DNA of 64,000 bases. Origin: Deltaproteobacteria bacterium (lineage in GTDB: Bacteria > Myxococcota_A > Polyangia > Polyangiales > Houyiibacteriaceae). The stretch covers positions 16,834-80,833 of the forward strand of contig JAXMNT010000035.1 in the NCBI GenBank assembly GCA_034670305.1. The letters run 5' to 3'. Shown piece by piece: positions 11,479 to 20,608 of the stretch; position 1 is the stretch's first letter; each line of letters opens with the position of its first letter. The position numbers and the translations under genes are program-made. The notes under the pieces were generated by a model that saw only the letters and a program-made list of their open reading frames with translations, did not search any database and was not told where the DNA came from.

Positions 11479-12426
11479 TCAGTCGACCCGATGAAGCGCC
11501 GGTCGGCCGTGCAGCACCGCGTCGAGGTTGGCGAGCGCCAGCTCCGCCATGCGCACCCGAGTCGCCGTGGTCGCGCTGCCCACGTGCGGTGTGAGCACGA
11601 CGTCGTCCCGCTGAAGGAGCCCGGCGTGTACGCGCGGCTCGTCTTCGAAGACGTCGAGCCCGGCGCCCCCGATCTTTCCTGCTTCGAGCGCCTGGACCAG
11701 TGCGGCTTCGTCCACGATCGCACCTCGCGCGGTGTTGAGGAGCAACGCGCCGCGCTTCATGGCGCCGAACTCCTGCGCGCCGAACCGGCGACGGGTCGCG
11801 TCGTTCAAAGGCGCGCTGATCGCCACCACGTCCGAGACGGAGAGCAGGGTCTCGAAGTCGACCGGCGACGCGCCTTCGCGCGCCAGCGCCGGGACCTCGG
11901 TCCGAGTGCAGTAGACGACGTTCATGCCGAACCCCGCGGCGCGGCGTGCGATCGCCCGGCCGATGCGGCCGAAGCCGTAGATCCCGAGGGTCGCGTCGCT
12001 CAGCTCCATGCCGAGCAGCGCGGTCGGCGACCAGAACCCGAAGTCGCCACTGCGCGCCAGCCGCTCGCATTCGCGGAGCCGCCGCCCGACCGACAGGAGC
12101 AACGCGAACGCGAGGTCCGCGGTCGCTTCGGTCAACACATCCGGGGTGTTGGTGACGACCACGCCACGCTTGGTGCAGGCGGCGACGTCGATGTTGTCGT
12201 AGCCGACCGCGAGGTTGGAGACGACGCGCACCGACGGGCACGCGTCCAGGAAAGCGGCATCGATGCGGTCGGAGAGCAACGAGAGCACCCCGTGGCAGCC
12301 GCGGGCGCGCGAACGAAGCTCCTCCGGTGTCGGCGGCCGGTCGTGCTCGAAGAGATCCACCTCGACGCCCCGGGGAAGCTGGCTGCGCGGATCGATCGGC
12401 AACCGCCGGGTGACAAAGATCTTCAT
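11479..12426 (-). CDS. D-isomer-specific 2-hydroxyacid dehydrogenase (glyoxylate/hydroxypyruvate reductase-like)
   Basis: AVGYDNIDV, NTPDVLTEATAD, GFGRIG, NTARG, GLDVFEDEP, PHVGSAT. Confidence 0.95.
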   Translation of the reverse strand: MKIFVTRRLPIDPRSQLPRGVEVDLFEHDRPPTPEELRSRARGCHGVLSLLSDRIDAAFLDACPSVRVVSNLAVGYDNIDVAACTKRGVVVTNTPDVLTEATADLAFALLLSVGRRLRECERLARSGDFGFWSPTALLGMELSDATLGIYGFGRIGRAIARRAAGFGMNVVYCTRTEVPALAREGASPVDFETLLSVSDVVAISAPLNDATRRRFGAQEFGAMKRGALLLNTARGAIVDEAALVQALEAGKIGGAGLDVFEDEPRVHAGLLQRDDVVLTPHVGSATTATRVRMAELALANLDAVLHGRPALHRVD

Positions 12427-13190
12427 CCGAGTGCACCGAGCCGAAGTTGCCGGAGCCACGCATCCATTTCGGCGCGGTTCGGGGGTTCGGTCGGAAGCGT
12501 GCTCTTCGCCTCGGCTTCGACGAGTTCCGCTTCGAGCTTCGTCCAGCCGGCCCGCATCGACGCGTCGATGTCTTCCGGCAGCGTCGCGTGTTCGTCGGCT
12601 TCGCCTTTGAACCGCACCACCTCGAGCACCTGCGGGTACCCGTACTCGGGCGCGAGCGCCGTCGCGTCGCCGATGAGTTCACCGGTACGCATCAGGTGGA
12701 TGCCGGTGAGCGCGACCCGGTAGCTGTAGAGCATGGTCTTCGCGCGCTGCTTGAGCGCGTGCTCGCGCTGCATGCCTTGGAAGAAGCCTTTGTAGTGGCT
12801 TGCGAACCGCCGGCTGATGCTGCCGCGCGCGAGTTCCGCGAGCGCGTCGACTTCGGGGCCTTCGACGATTTGGATCGGAGACAGAAACCGTTCGAGCAGG
12901 TTGCCGTTGCCCTTGAGCAAGAGCGAGAGCGCGCGCGCGGCTTCGTGGGTGGTGAGATCGTGTTCGAGCGCTTCGAAGTCGAGCAGCCGATCGAAGGTCT
13001 CCGTCGGCCGGTCGAGCCCGAGCAGCGCCTGGGTCGGTGCGAGGTGCACGCCCTTGAGATCCACGTCGCTGTCCGGGGACGGGAACCCGTAGAAGTGCGC
13101 CCCGGTCACGCCGAGTTGAAGCAAGCGGCCCGGCGGTGGGTGCGCCTCCAGAAACCGAAGCGCTTTGTCGCGGTCGACCTCCATGCCCAT
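12423..13190 (-). CDS. RlaP/YcgL-like nucleotidyltransferase (DNA polymerase beta superfamily)
   Basis: TGAHFYGFPSPDSDVDLKG, LLKGNGNLLE, KTMLYSYRVALTGIHLMRTG; stop overlaps the dehydrogenase start (ATGA). Confidence 0.88.
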   Translation of the reverse strand: MGMEVDRDKALRFLEAHPPPGRLLQLGVTGAHFYGFPSPDSDVDLKGVHLAPTQALLGLDRPTETFDRLLDFEALEHDLTTHEAARALSLLLKGNGNLLERFLSPIQIVEGPEVDALAELARGSISRRFASHYKGFFQGMQREHALKQRAKTMLYSYRVALTGIHLMRTGELIGDATALAPEYGYPQVLEVVRFKGEADEHATLPEDIDASMRAGWTKLEAELVEAEAKSTLPTEPPNRAEMDAWLRQLRLGALG

Positions 13191-13192
13191 GG

Positions 13193-14101
13193 CTACCTCC
13201 ACCCCCGGACCCGCTCGATGAGCTCCACGCACAGCGCCTCGACGAAGTCTCCGTCGACGCTCTCTGGGAGGTCGCTCGCGGCGCGGGCCGTTCGAATGCG
13301 GGCGTCGTTGGACGCGCACACCTCGAGCAACTGTTCGTACGTCATCGCTCCATCGCGGATCGCGAGCAGCTCGTCGCGGTCGGTCCGCCGCACTTGCACG
13401 ACGCCGGTCTCGAGGATCTCCACCGCCATGCGCTGAAGCCGAACGAGATGCAGCGCGTGTTTGGTGTCGAAGCCGTACTTCGCCTCGAGCGCACTGCGTT
13501 TCGGGTTCCGCGACTTCTTCCACTGCTGGTACTGCTGCCAGCGCGCCCGCGCCGAGCGGTACTGCTTCTCCTTGCCGAGCGTCGCGAGAAACGCCGGCGA
13601 GGCGTCGAGCACTCCGTCGCGTTCGAGCAGCGCTTCGGCGGCCCCGAGTTGATCTTTGGCCACCGCCGGCCGTTCGGGCAGCCCGAAGTCGGCGCGCACC
13701 GGTGCGGCTTTCGGAGGCGAGAGCAGCCACTGCCGATGGGTCTGGATGCGTTTGAGCTGACCGAGCGCGTAGCCACCGAAGGTGTCCCCGACCTGTGCGG
13801 TCACGAACCGGTCGCGCACCTCGAGCAGCCGCCGCCCGGCGTCTTCGAGCCCCTGGTGGTCGGAGGGATCGGCGAACAACATCTCGAGCGCCATCGGGTT
13901 CGCGCGGGCGGCGAGGCGCAGGAACTTCCGGAGCTCGAACCGCACGTGGTCCGGCCCGAGCTCGACCTGCTCCGGTCCTGGATCGGGCCCGAGGTACCAG
14001 ACGGGCGGACCCACCACGATGCCCTTCAGATCGGTGTCCGATCCTTCGCGCGCGAGTCCAAACGCCCGGCTGCCGTGCACGGTTTCGTAGATCAGGTCCA
14101 T
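13193..14101 (-). CDS. RlaP-like nucleotidyltransferase (DNA polymerase beta superfamily)
   Basis: [63 protein letters not shown]. Confidence 0.9.
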   Translation of the reverse strand: MDLIYETVHGSRAFGLAREGSDTDLKGIVVGPPVWYLGPDPGPEQVELGPDHVRFELRKFLRLAARANPMALEMLFADPSDHQGLEDAGRRLLEVRDRFVTAQVGDTFGGYALGQLKRIQTHRQWLLSPPKAAPVRADFGLPERPAVAKDQLGAAEALLERDGVLDASPAFLATLGKEKQYRSARARWQQYQQWKKSRNPKRSALEAKYGFDTKHALHLVRLQRMAVEILETGVVQVRRTDRDELLAIRDGAMTYEQLLEVCASNDARIRTARAASDLPESVDGDFVEALCVELIERVRGWR

Positions 14102-14195
14102 GGGCCGCGGAGCATAACCACGAGCGCGCAGGTTGCCGAGCCTCCCTGTGGGTCGGAACACGCAGCGCCCTGCGACTGTTGGCCCACAGTGAAGG

Positions 14196-14522
14196 CGGGT
14201 AGCGGTCGCGGTAGCGGAAGGGGAAACGGTCGCGGTCGCGGAAGCGGTCGCGGTCGCGGTCGCGGTCGCGGAAGCGGAAACGGAAGCGGAAGCGGTAGCG
14301 GTCGCGGAAGCGGAACCGGAAGCGGAAGCGGTCGCGGTCGCGGAAGCGGTCTCCGAAGCCGACCCCGATCCCGAAGCCGAAGCCGACCCCGAAGCCGATC
14401 CCGAAGCCGAACCCGAAGCCGAACCCGAAGCCGAAGCCGATCCCGAAACCGACCCCGAAGCCGAAGCCGATCCCGAAGCCGACCCCGAAGCCGACCCCGA
14501 AGCCGAAGCCGACCCCGAAGCC
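14196..14522. repeat. Intergenic bipartite hexamer array: GCGGAA/GCGGTC block, then GCCGAN/CCCGAA block
   Basis: Period-6 repeats directly visible. Confidence 0.9.
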
Positions 14523-14686
14523 AATCCCCTCCGAACGATCCTGAAGCCGATGACCCCGATGTCCGACCCCAACCCTCCCCAGGGCGAACTTGCCCGCTGG
14601 GGCTGGGCAGCGCAGTGTGATCGGGCGATGCGCCTGCTCACCCGCGTTCGAAGTCACGCCTGGCCCGCTCTTGCGACTGTAGTCCG

Positions 14687-15811
14687 ATGATGGGGGTGGT
14701 TCTTCAGCGGGCTTCGTGGCTCTCGGTGGTCGGGCCGCTCTTCGTGCTCGCGGCGTGCGGCGAACCAGAGGTCGAAGAAGCGCCGCCCACTGCACCCGCG
14801 GTGCGGGTCGAGGTGCTCGAGACCACTGCGTGGACGCCGGTCGCCGAATCGGTCGCGACCCTCGATGCGGTCCGCCAGGCGAGTCTGCGCAGCGAAGCGG
14901 CCGGGCGGGTGATCGAGCGCTCCGTGAATGCGGGCGACCGGGTGACGGCGGGACAGGTGCTTTTGCGTCTCGACGTGGGCCGGGTCGCGACCGCGCTGCA
15001 AGCGGCCAACGCACAGGTCGGTCAGGCCCAGGTCGCGCTTGCTCAAGCAGAGCGGCAACGGGCGCTCGCGGCGCGGCTCGTCGAAGCCGGCGGCGCACCG
15101 CGGGGCCGATTGGACGACGCGACCGATGGGGTGCGGCTCGCGCAGTCGGCGGTGGAAGCGGCGCAGGCGCAGACCCGGCTGACGCGTCGAGGCATCGCGG
15201 AGTCGGTCGTGCGCGCGCCCTTCGACGGGACCATCGCCGAGGTGTTCGCCCAGGAAGGCGAGTTCATCGGACCCGGCACGCCGGTCGCACTGCTCGTCGA
15301 CCCCTCTGAACTCGAAGCGCGGGTGCTGGTGGATCCGCGGGACGCGCTGGACCTCCCGATCGGTTCGGTGGCCCGCATCGAAGCGCACGCGCGGCCCGGC
15401 GAGGTCTTCACCGGCGAGGTCGTGCGCATCGGCGAAGTCGTCGATCCGCGGACCCGGCGCCTGCCGGTCGTCGTGCGGGTCGAGGACCCGGACCGCCGCT
15501 TGCGCGCCGGGCTCTCCGCGCGGGTGCGCATCGACACCGGCGCTCCGGCCGACGTGCTCAGTGTGCCGCTGGACGCGGTGTTCGAACGCTACGGGCAATC
15601 TCAGGTCTTCGTGGTGCCGGCGGACTCGGACGTGGCGGAGCGGGTACCGGTGCAGGTCGGCCGCGCCCAGGATGGGCGCTTCGCGGTCGAAGGGCTCGAG
15701 GCCGGCGCGCGGGTGATCGTCGCGGGCATCGATCGGGTCGTCGCCGGGCGGCCGGTGCAAGTGGTCGAGGCGGTGGTCGAACGTCTGGTCGACCCCGAAC
15801 CGGCGCCGTGA
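14687..15811 (+). CDS. RND efflux periplasmic adaptor (membrane fusion protein), lipoprotein
   Basis: LAAC lipobox; GRVIERSVNAGDRVTAGQVL; VRAPFDG; VVDPRTR; LRAGLS. Confidence 0.93.
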   Translation: MMGVVLQRASWLSVVGPLFVLAACGEPEVEEAPPTAPAVRVEVLETTAWTPVAESVATLDAVRQASLRSEAAGRVIERSVNAGDRVTAGQVLLRLDVGRVATALQAANAQVGQAQVALAQAERQRALAARLVEAGGAPRGRLDDATDGVRLAQSAVEAAQAQTRLTRRGIAESVVRAPFDGTIAEVFAQEGEFIGPGTPVALLVDPSELEARVLVDPRDALDLPIGSVARIEAHARPGEVFTGEVVRIGEVVDPRTRRLPVVVRVEDPDRRLRAGLSARVRIDTGAPADVLSVPLDAVFERYGQSQVFVVPADSDVAERVPVQVGRAQDGRFAVEGLEAGARVIVAGIDRVVAGRPVQVVEAVVERLVDPEPAP

Positions 15812-15818
15812 ACTCAGC

Positions 15819-15955
15819 TGCGTTCGTGAAGCCGGTGCGTTCGTGAAGCCGGGGTTCCTCGGGAAGCCGGTGCGTTCGTGAAGCCGGTGTTCCTCGGGAA
15901 GCCGGTGTTCCTCGGGAAGCCGGTGTTCCTCGGGAAGCCGGTGTTTCGCGTGAAG
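15819..15955. repeat. 17/18-bp tandem repeat (GAAGCCGG core) between adaptor and permease genes
   Basis: Seven GAAGCCGG cores separated mainly by TGCGTTCGT or TGTTCCTCGG. Confidence 0.9.
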
Positions 15956-15984
15956 GTGTGCCTCACCCATGCGAGGTCGGCCCG

Positions 15985-18900
15985 ATGAACGCGGTGTTCC
16001 GCTTCGTCGTGCGGCAGTCGCTGCTCGTCAACTTGGTCGGGGTGACGATCGTGATCGTCGGCGCGGTGCTCCTTCAGGAGATGAACCGCGAGTCGATCCC
16101 GCAGGTCCCGACCGGCTGGGCGAGCGTGGTGGTGCCCTACCCGGGTGCGTCGCCGGAAGAGATCGAGCAGCTCGTACTCGACCCGATCGAAGAAGCCGTC
16201 TGGCGCGTCGACGACATCGCCGAGATGTGGGGACACGCGCGCGAAGGCATCGGCTACGCGTTCGTGCAGTTCGAGCCGCACGTGGAAGACGTCGCACGCG
16301 CGACGCTGGAGATCCAAGCCGAGGTCGCCTCGGTGCGTTTGCCCGAAGGCACCGAACGGCCGCAGACCAAACGGTTCTCGGTCAACGTGCCCACCATCGC
16401 GATCGCGGTGCGCGGCGACGTGCCCGAAACGGTCTTGCGGCGGTTCGGTCTCGACCTCGCCGACCGCATCGAGACGCTCGACGGAGTGGGCGAAGTCGGG
16501 CGCAACGGCATCCGAGAACCGCGGCTCTACGTGGACGTCGACCCGGAGCGGCTGGCCGCGCGCGGGCTTCCCCTCGAAGCGGTGACCCAGGCGCTGGCGG
16601 TCCGAAGCGCCAATGTCCCCGCGGGCACCATCGGCACCGCCGACGCGCGTCTCATCCGAGGTATGGCGCGGGTCGACGACGCGGCGGGGGTCGGCGCGGT
16701 CGTCGTGCGGCCCGACCCGCGGGGGGCGGTGCGGGTCGGCGACGTGGCGGACGTCGAACGCGGCTTCGCGCCCGCCAGTTTGACGGGCCGCGTCAACGGC
16801 GAGCCGGGCGTGCTGCTCCTCGTGCGCAAAGCCGCCCAGGCCGACAGCATCCGGATCAGCGAAGACGTGCGCGCGATGCTCGAAGAGATCGAACCGCCGG
16901 ATGGGGTCTCGATCGAGATCTTCGGAGATGCCGCCCACGAGGTGCGCCGGAGCTTGAGTTCGCTCTACGGCAACGCCGCCACGGGCCTCGTGCTCGTGCT
17001 CGCGCTGCTCTGGTTCTTCGTCGGCGGGCGCAACGCCACCATGGCGGCGCTCGGGGTGCCCATCGCGCTCGCGGGCGCCTTCGTCGCGATGCACATCATG
17101 GGCATCACGATCAACGTGATCTCCCTGCTCGCGCTGATCTTGTGTCTCGGGATCGTCGTCGACGACGCGATCATCATCATCGAGAACATCTATCGGCACA
17201 TGGAAGAAGGGCGCAGCCGCAAAGAAGCGGCCGTCATCGGCACCCAAGAAGTGTTCTGGCCGGTGGTGTCCTCGACCCTCACGACGTGCGCGGCGTTCAT
17301 GCCGATGTTGCTGATGACGGGCGTGCTCGGGCGGTTCTTCGCGATCATTCCGAAGGTGGTCGTCGCCTCGCTCGTCGCGTCGCTCATCGAAGCCTTCTTC
17401 ATCCTGCCGAGCCACATGGCGGACTTCGGAAAACTCGCGGGCAAGAAGCACGCGGCCGACCGCCCGAAGACCCGGTGGGAGCGGCTCGGAGAACGGTCTC
17501 GCGCGGTGTACGAGCGGGTGCTCCGGGGCGCGCTCCGGCGCCGCTACCTGGTCATCGTCGGTGCGTACGTGATCGCCGGCGGGCTCGTCGCGGCGGCCGC
17601 GTTGACCAAAGACGTCGTGCTCTTCACCGATGGCGACGTCGACATGTTCGACGTGCGGCTGCACCTGCCGACCGACGCGTCCAAAGAAGAGACCGACGCG
17701 GTGGTGCGGCAGGTCGAGGCGCGGCTGCTCGCACTCGACCGCGAAGGCGTCGAGGCGGTGGTCGCCGCGCGCGGTCTGACGCGGACCAACATGGGCGTCG
17801 ACCGAGGCGACCACCTCGGCATGGTCACGGTCTACTTGAAGCCGCAAGACCAGCGCGCCGAAGGCTCCGGGCATCGACTGCTCGCGGCCGCGCGTTTGGC
17901 CATGAGCGATGTGGTCGGGCCCTCGCGGCTGGAAGTGCTCGAGTGGCGACCCGGGCCACCGCGCGGGGCGCCGGTTGCGGTGCGGCTGCTCGGCGACGAC
18001 CTCGATCGGCTGGCGGAACTCTCGGCCGAGGTCGCGGCGGAGCTGCGCGAGGTGCCTGGTGCGCGCGACATCACGACGGACTTCGAGCTCGGCAAACAAG
18101 AGCTTCAGGTCCACGTCGACGAAGAACGCGCCGCGCTCTTCGGGCTGACCCCGGCGCACGTCGGCCGGTGGTTGCAGCAAGCGTTCGGCGAGCTTCCGGT
18201 CGCGACCTTCCGAGAAGGCGACGACGAGGTCGACGTGGTCGTGCGCTTGAACGAGCGGGCGCGGCGCAACGCCGCCGAACTCGAAGCCCAGCACCTCGTC
18301 GCCGCGGATGGCTCGTCGGTGCAACTTCGAGAGCTGGCGACGATCGAACACGCGCGTGGCCCGGCCGCGATCCACCACCGCGATCGAGACCGGGTCATCA
18401 AGGTGACCTCTCAGATCGACGAACGGTCGACCACCAGCGCCGCGGTCAACCGCGCGCTCTTCGAACGCATCCAGCCGCTCATCGACGCCAACCCCGAAGT
18501 CCGCTTCGAACTCGGGGGAGAGTACGAACGCACCACCGAGTCGCTCACCTCGCTCGGCAACGCGTTCGCGGTCGCGGTGCTGCTCATCCTGACCATTCTC
18601 GCCACCCAGTTCCGCAGCCTGCTGCAGCCCATTGTCGTGATGGCGGCCATCCCGCTCTCGTTCATCGGCGTGGTGATCGGCTTCTTCGTGAGCGGCGCGT
18701 CCATCGGTCTCATTGCGCTCATCGGCGTCGTGGGGCTGGCCGGCATCGTGGTGAACGACTCGCTGGTGCTCGTCGACTTCATCAACAAACGCCGCGCCTC
18801 GGGCACCGCGCTCGACGAAGCGATCGTCGAAGCCTCGATCATCCGGCTGCGTCCGATCTTCTTGACCAGCATCACGACCGTCGCGGGCCTGGTCCCGCTC

Positions 18901-19149
18901 GCGCTCGCCGGAGACCGCGCGCCGCTCTTGAGCCCCATGGCCACCGCGATCGCCTGGGGCCTCAGCTTCGCGACCATCCTCACGTTGGTCCTCGTCCCCT
19001 GCCTCTACCGAAGCGTCGACGACCTCTCGCGTCTGCTCACGCGCCTCACCGCCCCCTTCGTCCGCTGGATCACCGACCCCGGCGAAGCCACCGACGGCTC
19101 GGTCGACGACCTCGACCCCCCGCCTTCCACGGCACAGCCCGCCGAGTAG
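15985..19149 (+). CDS. RND efflux permease (AcrB/CzcA-like)
   Basis: YPGASPEEIE, GIVVDDAIIIIENI, GIVVNDSLVLVDFI, RLRPIFLTSITT; ~1050 aa. Confidence 0.95.
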   Translation: MNAVFRFVVRQSLLVNLVGVTIVIVGAVLLQEMNRESIPQVPTGWASVVVPYPGASPEEIEQLVLDPIEEAVWRVDDIAEMWGHAREGIGYAFVQFEPHVEDVARATLEIQAEVASVRLPEGTERPQTKRFSVNVPTIAIAVRGDVPETVLRRFGLDLADRIETLDGVGEVGRNGIREPRLYVDVDPERLAARGLPLEAVTQALAVRSANVPAGTIGTADARLIRGMARVDDAAGVGAVVVRPDPRGAVRVGDVADVERGFAPASLTGRVNGEPGVLLLVRKAAQADSIRISEDVRAMLEEIEPPDGVSIEIFGDAAHEVRRSLSSLYGNAATGLVLVLALLWFFVGGRNATMAALGVPIALAGAFVAMHIMGITINVISLLALILCLGIVVDDAIIIIENIYRHMEEGRSRKEAAVIGTQEVFWPVVSSTLTTCAAFMPMLLMTGVLGRFFAIIPKVVVASLVASLIEAFFILPSHMADFGKLAGKKHAADRPKTRWERLGERSRAVYERVLRGALRRRYLVIVGAYVIAGGLVAAAALTKDVVLFTDGDVDMFDVRLHLPTDASKEETDAVVRQVEARLLALDREGVEAVVAARGLTRTNMGVDRGDHLGMVTVYLKPQDQRAEGSGHRLLAAARLAMSDVVGPSRLEVLEWRPGPPRGAPVAVRLLGDDLDRLAELSAEVAAELREVPGARDITTDFELGKQELQVHVDEERAALFGLTPAHVGRWLQQAFGELPVATFREGDDEVDVVVRLNERARRNAAELEAQHLVAADGSSVQLRELATIEHARGPAAIHHRDRDRVIKVTSQIDERSTTSAAVNRALFERIQPLIDANPEVRFELGGEYERTTESLTSLGNAFAVAVLLILTILATQFRSLLQPIVVMAAIPLSFIGVVIGFFVSGASIGLIALIGVVGLAGIVVNDSLVLVDFINKRRASGTALDEAIVEASIIRLRPIFLTSITTVAGLVPLALAGDRAPLLSPMATAIAWGLSFATILTLVLVPCLYRSVDDLSRLLTRLTAPFVRWITDPGEATDGSVDDLDPPPSTAQPAE

Positions 19150-19270
19150 ATCGGCGTCGGCCTCGGCGTCGGCGGCGGCTTCGGCTTCGGCTTCGGCGTC
19201 GGCTTCGGCTTCGGGATCGGCTTCGGGGTCGGCTTCCGCCTCGGGCACGGGCACGGGCACGGGCACGGTC
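19150..19270. repeat. Intergenic hexamer array: TTCGGC/TTCGGG block, then (GGGCAC)n
   Basis: Period-6 repeats starting right after the stop codon. Confidence 0.88.
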
Positions 19271-19283
19271 CCGATCCGGACCG

Positions 19284-20393
19284 CTACCGGTTGCACACCA
19301 GACCGCGAAAGCGCAGCTCGAACTCGCGGCCCGCGGCGACGACGTACGCGATGCCGCCCGCGCTGCCTTGGTCGACGAGCACCACATCCGCGGCAAGCAT
19401 CGGCGTCGTGGTGAATGGTTCGAGTCTCCGAACCGCCGACCCGCTCAGTGGCGCGTAGACGAGCGAGCCGTCCGCGAGGACGAAGAGCGCTTCGGTTTCG
19501 TTGGTGACCACCCGTGAGATCCGCGCTCGCAAAGGCAGGTCCGACGTGTCGAGGTTCCGCCGCGTGCCGTCGATGCCCAGCACCTGGAGCTCCGTACGTC
19601 TCGGATCGGCGGTGCGCGTCGAGGCGATCACGACGCCACCGCTCAGTGGATCGGGCGCGGCCTGAGCACTCTCGACTTCGATCTCGGGCTCGGTGCCAAG
19701 CGCACCGGTGCGGCCGCTCTCGGTCCGGTAGCGCACTTCGGTGGGGCGGCCACCACCGACCACCACGAACACTCCGTCGCGGCTGAGCACGGGTCCGCCA
19801 ACCACGGTGGGAAGCTCGCCCACGCTGCCGAACGCCGCCAGATCGTCGGAGGCGAGATCGAAACGGTCGTACAGGCCCTCGCCCTGCTCGACCACGAACG
19901 CACCGTCGTAGCCGCTGCTCGCGCGGCAGTTCCACGACCCGAGTTCGATCGTGCCGGTCGGTGCCCCGTCGAACGACCACTTCTCGAGCGTGCACAGCCC
20001 GTTGCGCAACATCGCGAACCCAGCCGGGGTGGCGTACGCCTGGTCCGCGGGCGCTGCGGTTCGCACCCAGGCCGTCTCCGGCATCGCGCGGACATCGACC
20101 CGAGCCACGTCCGCGGTCTCTGGTCCACGCTCCGCGACCAGCAGCGCCGTTGGCCCGCTGGGATGCACCGTGCCGCGGATCCGCCCGTAGGGCTCGATCG
20201 AGGTCGCTACGAGCACGTCGCCTTCGTAGCTCCAGCGACAGGGAAACGTGTCGAACCCGCCGTCGGGGGCGGGCGCATCAAGCAACAGCGCGTCGGCGGG
20301 CGTCGCGTCGGGCGCGCCCGGTTCGACCAAGAGACCCGTCTTCGATCCGCACGCGCTGAGCAGAGAGAAGACAGCGGCGATGGCCCAACGCAT
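19284..20393 (-). CDS. Hypothetical lipoprotein, beta-rich
   Basis: MRWAIAAVFSLLSACGSKTGL lipobox; codon usage typical of the region. Confidence 0.7.
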   Translation of the reverse strand: MRWAIAAVFSLLSACGSKTGLLVEPGAPDATPADALLLDAPAPDGGFDTFPCRWSYEGDVLVATSIEPYGRIRGTVHPSGPTALLVAERGPETADVARVDVRAMPETAWVRTAAPADQAYATPAGFAMLRNGLCTLEKWSFDGAPTGTIELGSWNCRASSGYDGAFVVEQGEGLYDRFDLASDDLAAFGSVGELPTVVGGPVLSRDGVFVVVGGGRPTEVRYRTESGRTGALGTEPEIEVESAQAAPDPLSGGVVIASTRTADPRRTELQVLGIDGTRRNLDTSDLPLRARISRVVTNETEALFVLADGSLVYAPLSGSAVRRLEPFTTTPMLAADVVLVDQGSAGGIAYVVAAGREFELRFRGLVCNR

Positions 20394-20484
20394 CCGGCAT
20401 CGTACCGGAGTCGGGCGGTTCATCGAGCGGTGTCGTTGTGAGCGTGGGGCCGTGGGCGTGGCCGTGTGAGATCGGGTGGCCGCG

Positions 20485-20601
20485 GCCGAAGCCGGAGGCC
20501 GATTCCGAAGTCGATGCCGAAGCCGAAGCCGAAGCCGAAGCCGAAGCCGAAGCCGATCCCGAAGCCGAAGCCGAAGCCGATCCCGACGCCGAAGCCGAAC
20601 C
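20485..20601. repeat. Intergenic hexamer array GCCGAA/CCCGAA
   Basis: Period-6 repeats directly visible. Confidence 0.88.
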
Positions 20602-20608
20602 CGCCAGC

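Noticed and set aside
13193-14522. Idea that the adjacent NTases synthesise the hexamer arrays
   Set aside because: Arrays flank many unrelated genes equally, so adjacency is not evidence
12423-15098. 891-aa ORF (and 13193-14641 extension)
   Set aside because: N-terminal parts run through repeat arrays and antisense to the adaptor gene; the real NTases start at 13190 and 14101
15819-15955. Possible CRISPR array
   Set aside because: Core is only 8 bp, linkers are 9-10 bp and themselves repeated, and there are no cas genes; it is a VNTR
15814-19995. Long antisense/shadow ORFs (also 47450-50209, 57880-61356, 803-2353, 8409-10337)
   Set aside because: They lie opposite well-supported genes and have the Arg/Ala/Pro- or Ser-rich composition typical of high-GC shadow frames
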